DNA from: an uncultured Desulfobacter sp.
Lineage (GTDB): Bacteria > Desulfobacterota > Desulfobacteria > Desulfobacterales > Desulfobacteraceae
DNA: 64,000 nt
Reading direction: 5' to 3'
Assembly: GCA_963665095.1 (NCBI GenBank)
Contig: OY762069.1
Coordinates: 5,504,001-5,568,000 of the forward strand
Position numbers and translations under genes: made by a program
Notes under the pieces: generated by a model
Database searches by the model: none
The model's input: only the letters and a program-made list of their open reading frames with translations
Told to the model about the DNA's origin: nothing
Shown here: positions 9,568 to 19,008 of the stretch, one piece after another
How the letters are laid out: every line of letters begins with the position of its first letter
Position numbering within the stretch: position 1 is the first letter of the stretch

Positions 9568-10260
9568 TTACTCGATAATGAGCACACCGTTTTTGTCCTT
9601 TGATATTTTTAGCTTGCGGGTCTGGGTTTTTCCCTTTACGGCAACAAGATCCAGTATTGGAATGGCAAAATTCAGGTTCTGTCCCTGCGTGTACTGGAAG
9701 GAGACAATGCCTACCACCTCGCCTTCCATGTTTAAAACAGGGCCGCCGCTGGATCCGGGTGATACCGGTGCCGACATCTGGAATACCCGGCCAAATGTAT
9801 CATGTTCTCTCCAGGCAGACACAATGCCACTGGTAATGGTCTGCTCCAGACCCATGGGACTGCCGGCCACAACTATTTTTTCACCCACCCTGGGCAGCTG
9901 GGCCGCAATTTTCAACGGCACAACCTTATTTTGGGGCACTGTGCTGCCCACTTGGAGGAAATCCTTATTTTTGATCCGTTTTACTGTATAGCTGCTCCGG
10001 AACATCTTTTGTTCCCAGGTTCTGATCCGGGCGCCTGAACCGGCAGGGATCACATGGTGATTGGTGATGATTTCCCCTTTATCATTGCAGAAAAATCCGC
10101 TGCCAATGGTTTTTGACTTGCCGAAAGACGGCTCTACAATTACCGTCACCAGGCTTGGCTGGATTTGATTGGCAATTTCTTCAACCGTCTGGGCTGTCAA
10201 CGCAGATACAAATATAAAAAAACAGAGCAGGGTGAATGCCAGACATCTAAACGGGCTCAT
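9568..10260 (-). CDS. Exported trypsin-like (S1C/HtrA-type, no PDZ) serine protease
   Basis: GSGFF, ITNHHV (His), PGSSGGP (Ser). Signal peptide begins at MSPFRCL (10260); the longer ORF overlaps wecE. Confidence 0.8.
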   Translation of the reverse strand: MSPFRCLAFTLLCFFIFVSALTAQTVEEIANQIQPSLVTVIVEPSFGKSKTIGSGFFCNDKGEIITNHHVIPAGSGARIRTWEQKMFRSSYTVKRIKNKDFLQVGSTVPQNKVVPLKIAAQLPRVGEKIVVAGSPMGLEQTITSGIVSAWREHDTFGRVFQMSAPVSPGSSGGPVLNMEGEVVGIVSFQYTQGQNLNFAIPILDLVAVKGKTQTRKLKISKDKNGVLIIE

Positions 10261-10342
10261 GTTCAGATCCTTTCTGGAAAAATTAACTTCAGATGTCCAT
10301 AAATAATTCCAACGATCTGAAATTATATGTAATGGATATATA

Positions 10343-11485
10343 TCAGCTATTATAAAAGTTGATAATAACATCCGCAACCCTGTCCACATCATCCAGATCC
10401 ATTTCATAGTATAAAGGCAGGCGCAGCACTCTGTTACTTAATTCATCCGTATGCTTTAATTCCCCGGCTGTTCTGCAGAATTTTTTTCCGGCAGGGGAGG
10501 AGTGCAACGGCACATAGTGAAACACAGCATGAATATTTTCCTGTTTAAGAGCGCCGATCAATCTGATACGTTCTTCAAGACTCCTCGTTATGATGTAAAA
10601 AATATGGCCGTTGTGGTTCCCTGACGCAGATTCACCGTGGGCCAGCCGGATAATACCCCTATATTCCAGAATGTTAAGTTTTTCCCGATATCGGTCACAG
10701 ATATCCCGTCGTTTCTGAATGATGGTTTCAGCCTGTTCCAGCTGGGCATATAAAAATGCGGCCGTCATATCCGAGGGCAGAAAGGAGGAGCCCATATCCA
10801 CCCAGGTATACTTATCCACCTGGCCCTGAAAAAACTGTCGCCGGTTGGTCCCTTTTTCCCAGATAATATGTGCCCGGTCCATCAATGCGGGATTGTTAAT
10901 CAAAAGCGCTCCGCCCTCACCGCTGATAATGTTTTTGGTTTCATGAAAACTTAAAGTACCCATATCGCCGATGGTGCCCAAATACCGGTCGTTGTCGGTT
11001 GAAAGAAGCGCCTGGGCCGCATCTTCAACAACCACCAGCCCGTGCCTGTCCGCAATATCCATGATGGCATCCATGGCACAGGGCACACCTGCATAATGGA
11101 CCGGTACAATGGCCTTTGTCTTCTCCGTAACTGCCGGCTCAATTTTTGTTGCATCAATATTCAGGGTATCCTGCCGGATATCCACAAACACCGGCATCCC
11201 GCCACGCAGCACAAAGGCATTGGCTGTTGAGACAAAGGTGTAGGACGGCATGATCACTTCATCCCCGGGCCTGATATCCGCAAGGATAGCTGCCATCTCA
11301 AGGGCGGCCGTACAGGAGTGGGTCAAAAGGGCAGGGCTGCCCAGGCGATTTTGAAGCCATGCCTGGCATTGCTTTGTGAAATAACCGTCTCCGGCAAGAT
11401 GAGAATGTTTTATAACCGCCTGGGCGATATTGTAGAGTTCTTTGCCGGCAATGAAAGGTCTGTTGTAGGGGATTGATGCCTGCAT
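10343..11485 (-). CDS. wecE: dTDP-4-amino-4,6-dideoxygalactose transaminase (DegT family)
   Basis: SCTAALEMAA, PSYTFVSTANAF, EDAAQ, SFHETKN (PLP Lys), EKGTNR, DKYTWVDMGSS, FHYVPLH. Confidence 0.92.
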   Translation of the reverse strand: MQASIPYNRPFIAGKELYNIAQAVIKHSHLAGDGYFTKQCQAWLQNRLGSPALLTHSCTAALEMAAILADIRPGDEVIMPSYTFVSTANAFVLRGGMPVFVDIRQDTLNIDATKIEPAVTEKTKAIVPVHYAGVPCAMDAIMDIADRHGLVVVEDAAQALLSTDNDRYLGTIGDMGTLSFHETKNIISGEGGALLINNPALMDRAHIIWEKGTNRRQFFQGQVDKYTWVDMGSSFLPSDMTAAFLYAQLEQAETIIQKRRDICDRYREKLNILEYRGIIRLAHGESASGNHNGHIFYIITRSLEERIRLIGALKQENIHAVFHYVPLHSSPAGKKFCRTAGELKHTDELSNRVLRLPLYYEMDLDDVDRVADVIINFYNS

Positions 11486-11519
11486 ATTTCCTCCTGTCCA
11501 GGATTTTGTTGTCTTGATA

Positions 11520-11882
11520 TTATGCTCTGCTGGTTATGATAATGCCTATGACAATAAAAAGCAGGCCCAGCGCTTTATAGATAGAGAATGGCTCATTAAA
11601 TAAAATTATTGAAAAAATAAACACCAGAACGAATGACGCACTCATAAAAGGATAGGCAAAGCTTAAATCGAATTTTGTCATTGCCGCCATCCAGAATAAA
11701 GAGGCAATGAACGCAGCCAGAAAACCTGACAGGATAAAAGGGTCAATCAATAATCTGAGTAAAAAAATAGCCTTGTCTCTAAAAGGACCTGGCAGCGCCC
11801 CGTAATTGACGATCCTCCATTTGAGAATTAACTGTCCATAGACTGTAAAAACAATAGTTCCTAATATGTATAAAAAATTCAT
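11520..11882 (-). CDS. SMR/EamA-family 4-TM membrane protein (ArnE/F-like flippase)
   Basis: 120 aa hydrophobic protein with 'GQLILKW' and 'DLSFAYPFMSASFVLV', in a sugar cassette. Confidence 0.75.
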   Translation of the reverse strand: MNFLYILGTIVFTVYGQLILKWRIVNYGALPGPFRDKAIFLLRLLIDPFILSGFLAAFIASLFWMAAMTKFDLSFAYPFMSASFVLVFIFSIILFNEPFSIYKALGLLFIVIGIIITSRA

Positions 11883-13069
11883 TTGACCAACATGACTCTT
11901 ATCAGCTGGTTGATCCGACTGACTTTTTGGAGCATCTCTTTTTCCGAACCAAATTTCAGAAAAACAACGCCTAACTTATCAACCAGATAATTATTGATTT
12001 TATCCCCTTTTTTCCACCATATCAGTTCGTCGCAGATATTTCCCTTAATATTATCTTCAATCACCACATTTTTGACCACACCGTTTTCAGGCGCCATGAT
12101 GCAATGCCGTCCATAAAATCCCTTTTGGCGGGCTTCCGGAAATCCTCCGCAGTCAACACCAACAGAGGATTTAACAATCCAGTCCTCCCAGTTTAATCCG
12201 GTTGCGTTGTTAACAGGATACGGGTAAAGGTCCCCGGAGCATCGCCTCGTAATTTCGATAATATTGGGTTTTCCATTTTTATAAATGTATTGGATATGGA
12301 ATATGCCGTCCTTTAATGACAAAAGCCCGGCAATTTTTTCTGACGCACTTACCAGAATCTTTGCAACTTCTTTAATATTTGTTGATGGTGCTGTAGAAGT
12401 AGAGACCAGATTAGGGTTCAAATACGAATACTCATTATCACTAAAATAAAATTGAATTTTTTGTTTATATAAAAACGAACTAAAGCTATGCAAAGTGCCA
12501 TCAATAAATTCTTCAATAACGATACGGTGTTGAGGAGATAGTTCAAACGCCTTTTTTACGGCAGCCTCAAGCGATGCCTTTTCAAAAACCCGGGTAATGC
12601 CTTTTCCGCCAGTAAGATCTACTGGTTTTACAATCAAAGGCAGGTTAAAAGAATCAATGCAGGACAAGGCGTTCTTTATTTCAGTGAAACCTTGGGCCTT
12701 TGGCGTTGGAATGCCGTTTTTGAGTGAAAATTCCTTGAATTTATCCTTATGGTGAATCGTCAGGCAATTTTTATAAGTATCATGGCCGGGCAGGGACATT
12801 TTTTCAGCTACATATGAGGCAGTGATAGCGCCAAAATCATTGGCACAGGAACAGATCGCATCAATTTTTAACTTTTGCGCAAGAATAAGGATACTATCTT
12901 TGTCTGAAAAATCAGCACAATGATATTCATCCGCATGGGAATGCCCTATAAGTTTTGGGTTATTTCCCGTTGTAATCACATGAAAGCCCAGTTTCTTTCC
13001 GGCTAAAATCAGAGGAATATCTGAATGGCTGCCGTTCAAAATAAGCAGTTTTTTTAATGGTGCGCTCAT
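11879..13069 (-). CDS. ATP-grasp domain protein (putative amide ligase)
   Basis: KDKFKEF, PLIVKPVDLTGGKGI, IEEFIDG, IIEITRRCSG. Confidence 0.85.
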   Translation of the reverse strand: MSAPLKKLLILNGSHSDIPLILAGKKLGFHVITTGNNPKLIGHSHADEYHCADFSDKDSILILAQKLKIDAICSCANDFGAITASYVAEKMSLPGHDTYKNCLTIHHKDKFKEFSLKNGIPTPKAQGFTEIKNALSCIDSFNLPLIVKPVDLTGGKGITRVFEKASLEAAVKKAFELSPQHRIVIEEFIDGTLHSFSSFLYKQKIQFYFSDNEYSYLNPNLVSTSTAPSTNIKEVAKILVSASEKIAGLLSLKDGIFHIQYIYKNGKPNIIEITRRCSGDLYPYPVNNATGLNWEDWIVKSSVGVDCGGFPEARQKGFYGRHCIMAPENGVVKNVVIEDNIKGNICDELIWWKKGDKINNYLVDKLGVVFLKFGSEKEMLQKVSRINQLIRVMLVK

Positions 13070-13081
13070 AACCCTCCAAAC

Positions 13082-14593
13082 TCAGACAGAGTTTAAATGC
13101 ATCCAGGTAGTTTTAAGATTTGTATATTCGTCAAAAGCATATAAAGACTTGTCTTTGCCGAAGCCCGATTCCTTGAACCCGCCAAAAGGCACACTGTTGT
13201 CATCTGCCCCATAACTGTTAACATGAACAATGCCGGCTTTTAATAGACGGGAAACCTGATACGCCTCATTGATGTCATCCGTCCAGATTGCCCCCGCGAG
13301 CCCGTACCGGCTGTTATTGGCGAGGGATATGGCACCATTGATAGAGTCAAAGCCAAACACACATAAAACCGGGCCAAAAATTTCTTCCTGGGCGATCCGC
13401 GAATTTGGGTCAACCTGATCAAATATTACCGGAACAACTGAATGTCCATCCTGATAGGCCTTGCTTTCATTTGAACAGCGGTATATTACAGCACCGGATT
13501 CAATGCCGCTTTGGATGAATTTTTTGATTTTTTCCTTCTGTTCCAAGCTCACCACACAACCGACCCGACTATCCGGATCAAATGGATTGCTTGGAATATA
13601 TTTTTCCATCTCCTTTCTGACCAGATTAATAAATTCATCTTTTATTTTATTTTCAATGATGGCCCGTGAGGGGGCGGAACAAATTTGCCCTTGGTTATAG
13701 AATATACTTTCTGCAAGTACCCCTGCCGCCTTTTCCAACCGGGAGCATTTTGATGACACAATAAAGGCCGACTTTCCTCCACACTCCAAGCCGACCTTTT
13801 TCATGTTGGAGCGACCGGCATATTCAAGGATTTTTTTGCCTACTTCTGCCGAGCCGGTAAAAAACAGACCGTCTACATCTTTGTGAAGGGCAAGTGCTTT
13901 ACCTGCAATCTCACCAATGCCGGGCACAACATGTAAAACACCATCCGGAACCCCGGCCTGTTGCGCCAGGCATGCAACTTTCAGAATAGAAAATGACGAT
14001 TGCTCGGCTGGCTTGATGATAACTGAATTTCCCATCAATAAAGCCGGTATCGTTTTCCACATAGCCGGCACCAGCGGATCATTCCAGGGGGTGATCAAAC
14101 CGACCACACCGATAGGTTCCCTTGTGATCGTGGCAAATGAATGTTTTCTTGGAACAATGGCATGATCATAAAATTTGTCCACACTTTCAGCAAACCAGTG
14201 GACAACTTGAACAGCCTTTGGAATTGAATCTTCGTAATAATCTTTATAACACCGGCCAGTTTCAAGAGTATCAAGCAGGGCAAGTTCTTCCCTGTGTTCG
14301 TCCATGAGGTCTGCCAGTCTTAGAAAGATCTCTTTTTTTTCCTGGGGCTCTTTATCCATCCAGATTCGACTTTCAACTGTTGCCTTGGCCGATTTGACAG
14401 CGATGTCCACGTCATTCTGTTTACAGGATGCTAATCCGGAAAGGTCTCTTTGATCCGCAGGACTTATTTTTTTTATAATTTCGTTATCAGACGATGTCAC
14501 AAACCGACCATTTATAAAGGCCCGTTTTTCTATTTTTATGTTATTCAATTTTTCGATAAGGCGCTTCATAATTTTGTTCTCTTTTTTCCACAC
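13082..14593 (-). CDS. NAD(P)-dependent aldehyde dehydrogenase (PuuC-like)
   Basis: ITPWND, KPAEQS, FTGS, LECGGKS, NQGQIC (catalytic Cys), EEIFGP, PFGGFKESG. Start may be ATG 14569. Confidence 0.92.
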   Translation of the reverse strand: MWKKENKIMKRLIEKLNNIKIEKRAFINGRFVTSSDNEIIKKISPADQRDLSGLASCKQNDVDIAVKSAKATVESRIWMDKEPQEKKEIFLRLADLMDEHREELALLDTLETGRCYKDYYEDSIPKAVQVVHWFAESVDKFYDHAIVPRKHSFATITREPIGVVGLITPWNDPLVPAMWKTIPALLMGNSVIIKPAEQSSFSILKVACLAQQAGVPDGVLHVVPGIGEIAGKALALHKDVDGLFFTGSAEVGKKILEYAGRSNMKKVGLECGGKSAFIVSSKCSRLEKAAGVLAESIFYNQGQICSAPSRAIIENKIKDEFINLVRKEMEKYIPSNPFDPDSRVGCVVSLEQKEKIKKFIQSGIESGAVIYRCSNESKAYQDGHSVVPVIFDQVDPNSRIAQEEIFGPVLCVFGFDSINGAISLANNSRYGLAGAIWTDDINEAYQVSRLLKAGIVHVNSYGADDNSVPFGGFKESGFGKDKSLYAFDEYTNLKTTWMHLNSV

Positions 14594-14598
14594 GGCAA

Positions 14599-15729
14599 TT
14601 AGATAAACCGGTCATACTCTGGTACGGGAGGTATAAGGGTCAAGTTATCCAATTTATTTTTCATATGAAACACTTCCAGGTTAGATTCATGTCTCAGGCA
14701 ATGAAAAGGACAATGCTTTCCAGGATCCAGATAAGCCATGACCTCTTTTCTTCTATCCCCATGCCACATATCGTTAAAGGATGTCTGGTTGATATCACCG
14801 ATTCTGAATCGTTCTTTACCACGCCAGTAAGGACATACAAAAACACCGGACGGGCAGACAAGTGTTCTCAGTTCAGTCATGGGGCAGACACTGTAGCTTT
14901 TAGGTTGCAGTTTTTCGGCAACGCTATCTAATGAATACTTTAGATTTATCGCTTTGATAATGGAAAAGGACTCTATCTCAAGGGCTGCCAATTTATCAAT
15001 CTCCTCTTTTGCCTGATCCATCCTGTTTTTATCATGGACTACAAGAGAATGATCAACACCGTTATCATAATTATAGCTGGGTTTTACTTCAAAATAATCA
15101 CATCCGATATCCCTTGCCAAAAGTGCTGCATCATAGATTTCTTCGATATTGGGCTCGATACCAAATCCATCAGCTTCTGTTCTAATCAAAAAGGAAAATC
15201 CAAGTTTGCCTTTTTTGATTTTAGCAAGTTCCCTCATATTATTGATAACTTTTTGAAAATATGATTTCCCGTTTTTACCCGGTCTAAGCTTACAAAAAGT
15301 TTTTTCTGTGGCAGCATCAACAGAGATTCGTGTCCAGCTTGAGTGCTGTGCAATGATATCAAGATATCGGTGGATAAAACAGCCGTTTGTGGTGATTCCG
15401 ATTCGAATATCATGTTCCCCAAGAAAACGGATAAATTCACCGACCGTAGGGTGGGCTAATGGCTCGCCGCCCCCGATCAAAATAACCGCCTTTACCCCGG
15501 AGTTATAAAATTCTTCAGCAAGAGACATTAACCGCAGGTTGTCAATACTGTTTCTTTGGGCCACTAGATCCTCGCTGATGCAACCAGGGCATGCCAAGTT
15601 ACATACCTCAGTTGTATCAAGCTCAACAACAAGGGGGCCGTCAGATCCCTTTTCCCAGTCCAGATCCTTTACTCTGTCAATGACAAACTGCTGGTGTAGT
15701 TTTTTTATAATATCCATGCGCTGGGGCAT
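14599..15729 (-). CDS. Radical SAM enzyme with C-terminal SPASM/twitch domain
   Basis: CNLACPGC, GGGEPL, and C-terminal Cys cluster C-x9-C-x6-C...IGDI...W...CPFHC. Confidence 0.9.
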   Translation of the reverse strand: MPQRMDIIKKLHQQFVIDRVKDLDWEKGSDGPLVVELDTTEVCNLACPGCISEDLVAQRNSIDNLRLMSLAEEFYNSGVKAVILIGGGEPLAHPTVGEFIRFLGEHDIRIGITTNGCFIHRYLDIIAQHSSWTRISVDAATEKTFCKLRPGKNGKSYFQKVINNMRELAKIKKGKLGFSFLIRTEADGFGIEPNIEEIYDAALLARDIGCDYFEVKPSYNYDNGVDHSLVVHDKNRMDQAKEEIDKLAALEIESFSIIKAINLKYSLDSVAEKLQPKSYSVCPMTELRTLVCPSGVFVCPYWRGKERFRIGDINQTSFNDMWHGDRRKEVMAYLDPGKHCPFHCLRHESNLEVFHMKNKLDNLTLIPPVPEYDRFI

Positions 15730-16721
15730 TATTTACTGTCCTCCTTATGGTCTCCTCGGCTGATAATATCTTTTACAATATAAAGAGGCCGTTTCTTAAC
15801 TTCATCATAGGTTTTCCCAACATATAATCCAACCATGCCGATAACTGAGACCATGACTCCGGACAGAAAGAAAAGGGATACCATCAAGCTTGTCCATCCA
15901 TTGGCAATGTTGCCCCAAACAAAAAATCGCAATATTAACCAGGCTGCATATACTGAGGAGATAATGGAAATAATAAACCCGGCTTTCACTGCTAAAAACA
16001 AAGGTTTGTTTGAATGAGAAAGAATATGATCTACAGCCAGGTTTAATCTTTTTGAGAAATTGTATCCAGACGCTCCGGCTGGTCTGCTTGAATGGTCAAT
16101 ATCAATTTCAGCCCTGTTAAAACCAACAAGAGAAATCAGCAAACCTACGGACCGGTCCTTTTCATGATATTTTTTTATACTTTCAATCACCTGCCTTGAA
16201 TAAATCCCAAAATTAGCGACCTTATTATCAAGCTTCTGGTCCGTTAAATAGTTAAAAATAATATAAAAGACCTTTGAAGTAAATTTTTTAAAAAAAGAAT
16301 CCTGCCGCTCTTTTCTTTTTCCGACAACAACATCAAACCCGGTCAACGCTTTCTTATATAGCTTGGCTATCTCTTCTGGTTGATCCTGAAGATCCCCGTC
16401 CATGATGACAACCCAGTCCCCTGAAACAAAATCAAGGCCGGCAGTTATTGCGTAGTGCTGTCCAAAATTTCGGGAAAGATTGACTCCTATGACCTTATCA
16501 TCATGATTTGCGCAAGTAGAAACAATATCCCAATCATTTTCAGGACTTGAATCATTTACGAAAATTATTTCAAACTTTTTGTCCGTTAAAGAGCTGAGGG
16601 TTACAGCAAGCCGTTTATGTAACTCTGCAATACTTTCGCTGCATTTATAAAGTGGAATTACTACTGAAATCCTAACATCTTGGACTGGGCGTATTTGCCT
16701 TAAATCAGACATATTATACAA
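15729..16721 (-). CDS. GT2 polyprenol-phosphate glycosyltransferase (GtrB/ArnC-like)
   Basis: ISVVIP, VNDSSP, LSRNFGQ, MDGDLQD-PE, two C-terminal TM helices, YVGKTYDEVKKRPLYIV. Confidence 0.92.
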   Translation of the reverse strand: MYNMSDLRQIRPVQDVRISVVIPLYKCSESIAELHKRLAVTLSSLTDKKFEIIFVNDSSPENDWDIVSTCANHDDKVIGVNLSRNFGQHYAITAGLDFVSGDWVVIMDGDLQDQPEEIAKLYKKALTGFDVVVGKRKERQDSFFKKFTSKVFYIIFNYLTDQKLDNKVANFGIYSRQVIESIKKYHEKDRSVGLLISLVGFNRAEIDIDHSSRPAGASGYNFSKRLNLAVDHILSHSNKPLFLAVKAGFIISIISSVYAAWLILRFFVWGNIANGWTSLMVSLFFLSGVMVSVIGMVGLYVGKTYDEVKKRPLYIVKDIISRGDHKEDSK

Positions 16722-18893
16722 TCAGATTTTCTTATACACTTCAAACATATCATTCTCAAATACCTTTGAATAACTTTTATCCTTCATCCAGTACCTGATG
16801 TAATCAAACTTTTTTAAATCCGGTATCCAGGCTTTGTCCTTTTTTCTGTATTCTTTATCATCCAAAGGCCACCCAAAATTTCTTGTCATGACCTTTGAAA
16901 ATGTTATGTAAACAGGGCGTTTTATTTCGGCAGCTCGGTTAAATTCCTTTTTAAAAGAACTGAAAGAGATACAGCCATGCCAAGGGTTATTTAACTGGCA
17001 ATTGGTCTGGGTTAAGTAATACATCATGGGTATCCAGCTTAAAAACAATGCCGGTGTGTTGTTTCTCTCATATGTTTCATTATTGAAATACTCAAGGGCT
17101 TCGTCTATGACCTTTGTTCTTTGGGGAAAGGTGTGGATGCCGAACAGCTGGGGGGATTTGAACATCTGGACCAGCACGGATCTGTCTCCAAGATCTCTGT
17201 GAGATCTGTTATACCCCCATGGGTGAACAATACCGAACATTATGACCACCATGAATATAATGACATAATTGTTCATATTCAGAGTCTGTTGCCCCACTTT
17301 CATTCTTTTATCAATCATAAAGGCCAAGGGTAAAACAATAAATAGCAAACCTGCACCAGATCTGTATATGACGTTAAACGATAAATTTGATCCGGGAAAA
17401 CTGAATAACGTCAGCATGAGAATCAAAGCCGTTGGCATAATGAGGTTCTGATTATAACGAAGGTAGAAAATATAAAAAAAATACCCCGGCAGGATTGATA
17501 CAGTCATATATATGAAAGGCGGTCCTTCTAAGGAAAGGTAGGTGGTATAATGTATGCTGAAAGCACAAATAGTCAAGATAATGTACCGTTTAATCGTGAG
17601 CGATTCCCCCAGCATAAGTAAAAGAATAAATAATAAAACAGAAAGGATTGCACCTTTTTGCAACGCATTCCATGCCCCACGGAAATAAACTTGAAATAGC
17701 CGTGTCAGGTTATGAGAATCCCCCCCATTTATGGAATACAGGGGATCCATTCTTTCCGATGCACTTCGCTGGTTTGCATTTAAAAAATAAAAAGAATCGC
17801 TGTCGGAAAATGGGGATGTCTTTCCGCTTGAAACACCCTGCCTGGCAAGTTCAGCATAGTCGTCGCCGGTAACTGAGCCGGCCGCTTCTTTATGAATAAG
17901 GTTTTTATCCAGATAGCCAGCATAGGTCTGCAGGTACCCTGTGTCATATAGTATGAGGATGCCGGCCACCAGACAGATGCAATAACCGGAAAACAAATAA
18001 ACAAGCGGCTGCAGCCATCTTTGTTTCTTTTCATATAGTATCCATGCGTAGACAACAGGCAGAACCATAATAAAAACAAAATTGAACTTGAGCCATATTG
18101 TAAGTGCCAGTAATATACCGGAAAGAATGTATGAAACAGCTCCCTTTTTTTCTTTTAGTAAGAACCAAAGCCCACCCAAAGCTGATAAAACTGGCAGATT
18201 ATCATAGTTGACAGACAGGTAATAATTATAATGAATAAAAAAAACTGACAAAATGAGAAAGATCAGCCAGTCCGTAAGACCATTGAAATAGAGGGAATAA
18301 ATTTTAAATGACACCACAGCAATCCCCGTGACAACAATCACATATCCTAGTCTTGCCCATAGCACGCTGGGGCTGTCAAGCACAGAAAGCCACAAGCCGT
18401 TAGCAACACTTGTGCCCACGAGGAAATCTATATTTTCACTGACACTGCCGTGAAAAAGCCCCCATGCCTTTGTAAAGTGGAACCCGGTGTCCGTCACATC
18501 AAAGGTTTTAAAGGTTCTGAACAGTGCATAAAAGAAATTAATGAATGCCAGAATTAACAGCCTGTATTGAGATATAAAGGATTTAAAGCCTGATGGTGAA
18601 AATATAAATAGAACACATGGTATAAAGGCGATTATCCATGAAATAAATTCAAGGTAAAAGAAATAAACATCTTTGGGATTTGATTCGATAATCCCGGTTT
18701 TATCTAGTTCATTTAAAAGGGGGATAAAACATAAGGGGGATTTTAATAAAATCCACAATGATCCTATAATTAATAAAAATAATTTAAAATATTTATGTGA
18801 CAGAAAAAGGTCATATGAGAACGGTTCTAATATGCTAAAAATTCGATTTTTTTTAAGCCAGGCTATAATAATTTTATATTCAGGGAAGGACAT
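16722..18893 (-). CDS. Large polytopic membrane protein, probable GT-C glycosyltransferase
   Basis: 723 aa with more than 10 TM segments, acidic loop 'FDVTDTGF' after an early TM, 'NYDN', and a soluble C-terminal domain. Lies directly between the pilin and the GT2. Confidence 0.6.
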   Translation of the reverse strand: MSFPEYKIIIAWLKKNRIFSILEPFSYDLFLSHKYFKLFLLIIGSLWILLKSPLCFIPLLNELDKTGIIESNPKDVYFFYLEFISWIIAFIPCVLFIFSPSGFKSFISQYRLLILAFINFFYALFRTFKTFDVTDTGFHFTKAWGLFHGSVSENIDFLVGTSVANGLWLSVLDSPSVLWARLGYVIVVTGIAVVSFKIYSLYFNGLTDWLIFLILSVFFIHYNYYLSVNYDNLPVLSALGGLWFLLKEKKGAVSYILSGILLALTIWLKFNFVFIMVLPVVYAWILYEKKQRWLQPLVYLFSGYCICLVAGILILYDTGYLQTYAGYLDKNLIHKEAAGSVTGDDYAELARQGVSSGKTSPFSDSDSFYFLNANQRSASERMDPLYSINGGDSHNLTRLFQVYFRGAWNALQKGAILSVLLFILLLMLGESLTIKRYIILTICAFSIHYTTYLSLEGPPFIYMTVSILPGYFFYIFYLRYNQNLIMPTALILMLTLFSFPGSNLSFNVIYRSGAGLLFIVLPLAFMIDKRMKVGQQTLNMNNYVIIFMVVIMFGIVHPWGYNRSHRDLGDRSVLVQMFKSPQLFGIHTFPQRTKVIDEALEYFNNETYERNNTPALFLSWIPMMYYLTQTNCQLNNPWHGCISFSSFKKEFNRAAEIKRPVYITFSKVMTRNFGWPLDDKEYRKKDKAWIPDLKKFDYIRYWMKDKSYSKVFENDMFEVYKKI

Positions 18894-18947
18894 ATTGAAT
18901 TCCCGAAAGGAAAAAGTTCAATGAAGATGCTGATAAACTCTTCGCAG

Positions 18948-18984
18948 AAAAAATAACCGGCAGTATGGCTTGATACTGCCGGTT
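18948..18984 (-). terminator. Intrinsic terminator after the major pilin
   Basis: 12-bp stem AACCGGCAGTAT/ATACTGCCGGTT followed by ATTTTTT on the minus strand. Confidence 0.8.
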
Positions 18985-19008
18985 CAATGAAGAATTTTAC
19001 ATAAAATT

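Noticed and set aside
10261..10407. N-terminal extension of the protease ORF
   Set aside because: It overlaps wecE, and the signal peptide begins at 10260.
14599..15729. RiPP cluster (SPASM enzyme plus ATP-grasp)
   Set aside because: There is no precursor peptide or RRE domain, and the context is nucleotide-sugar and glycosyltransferase genes.
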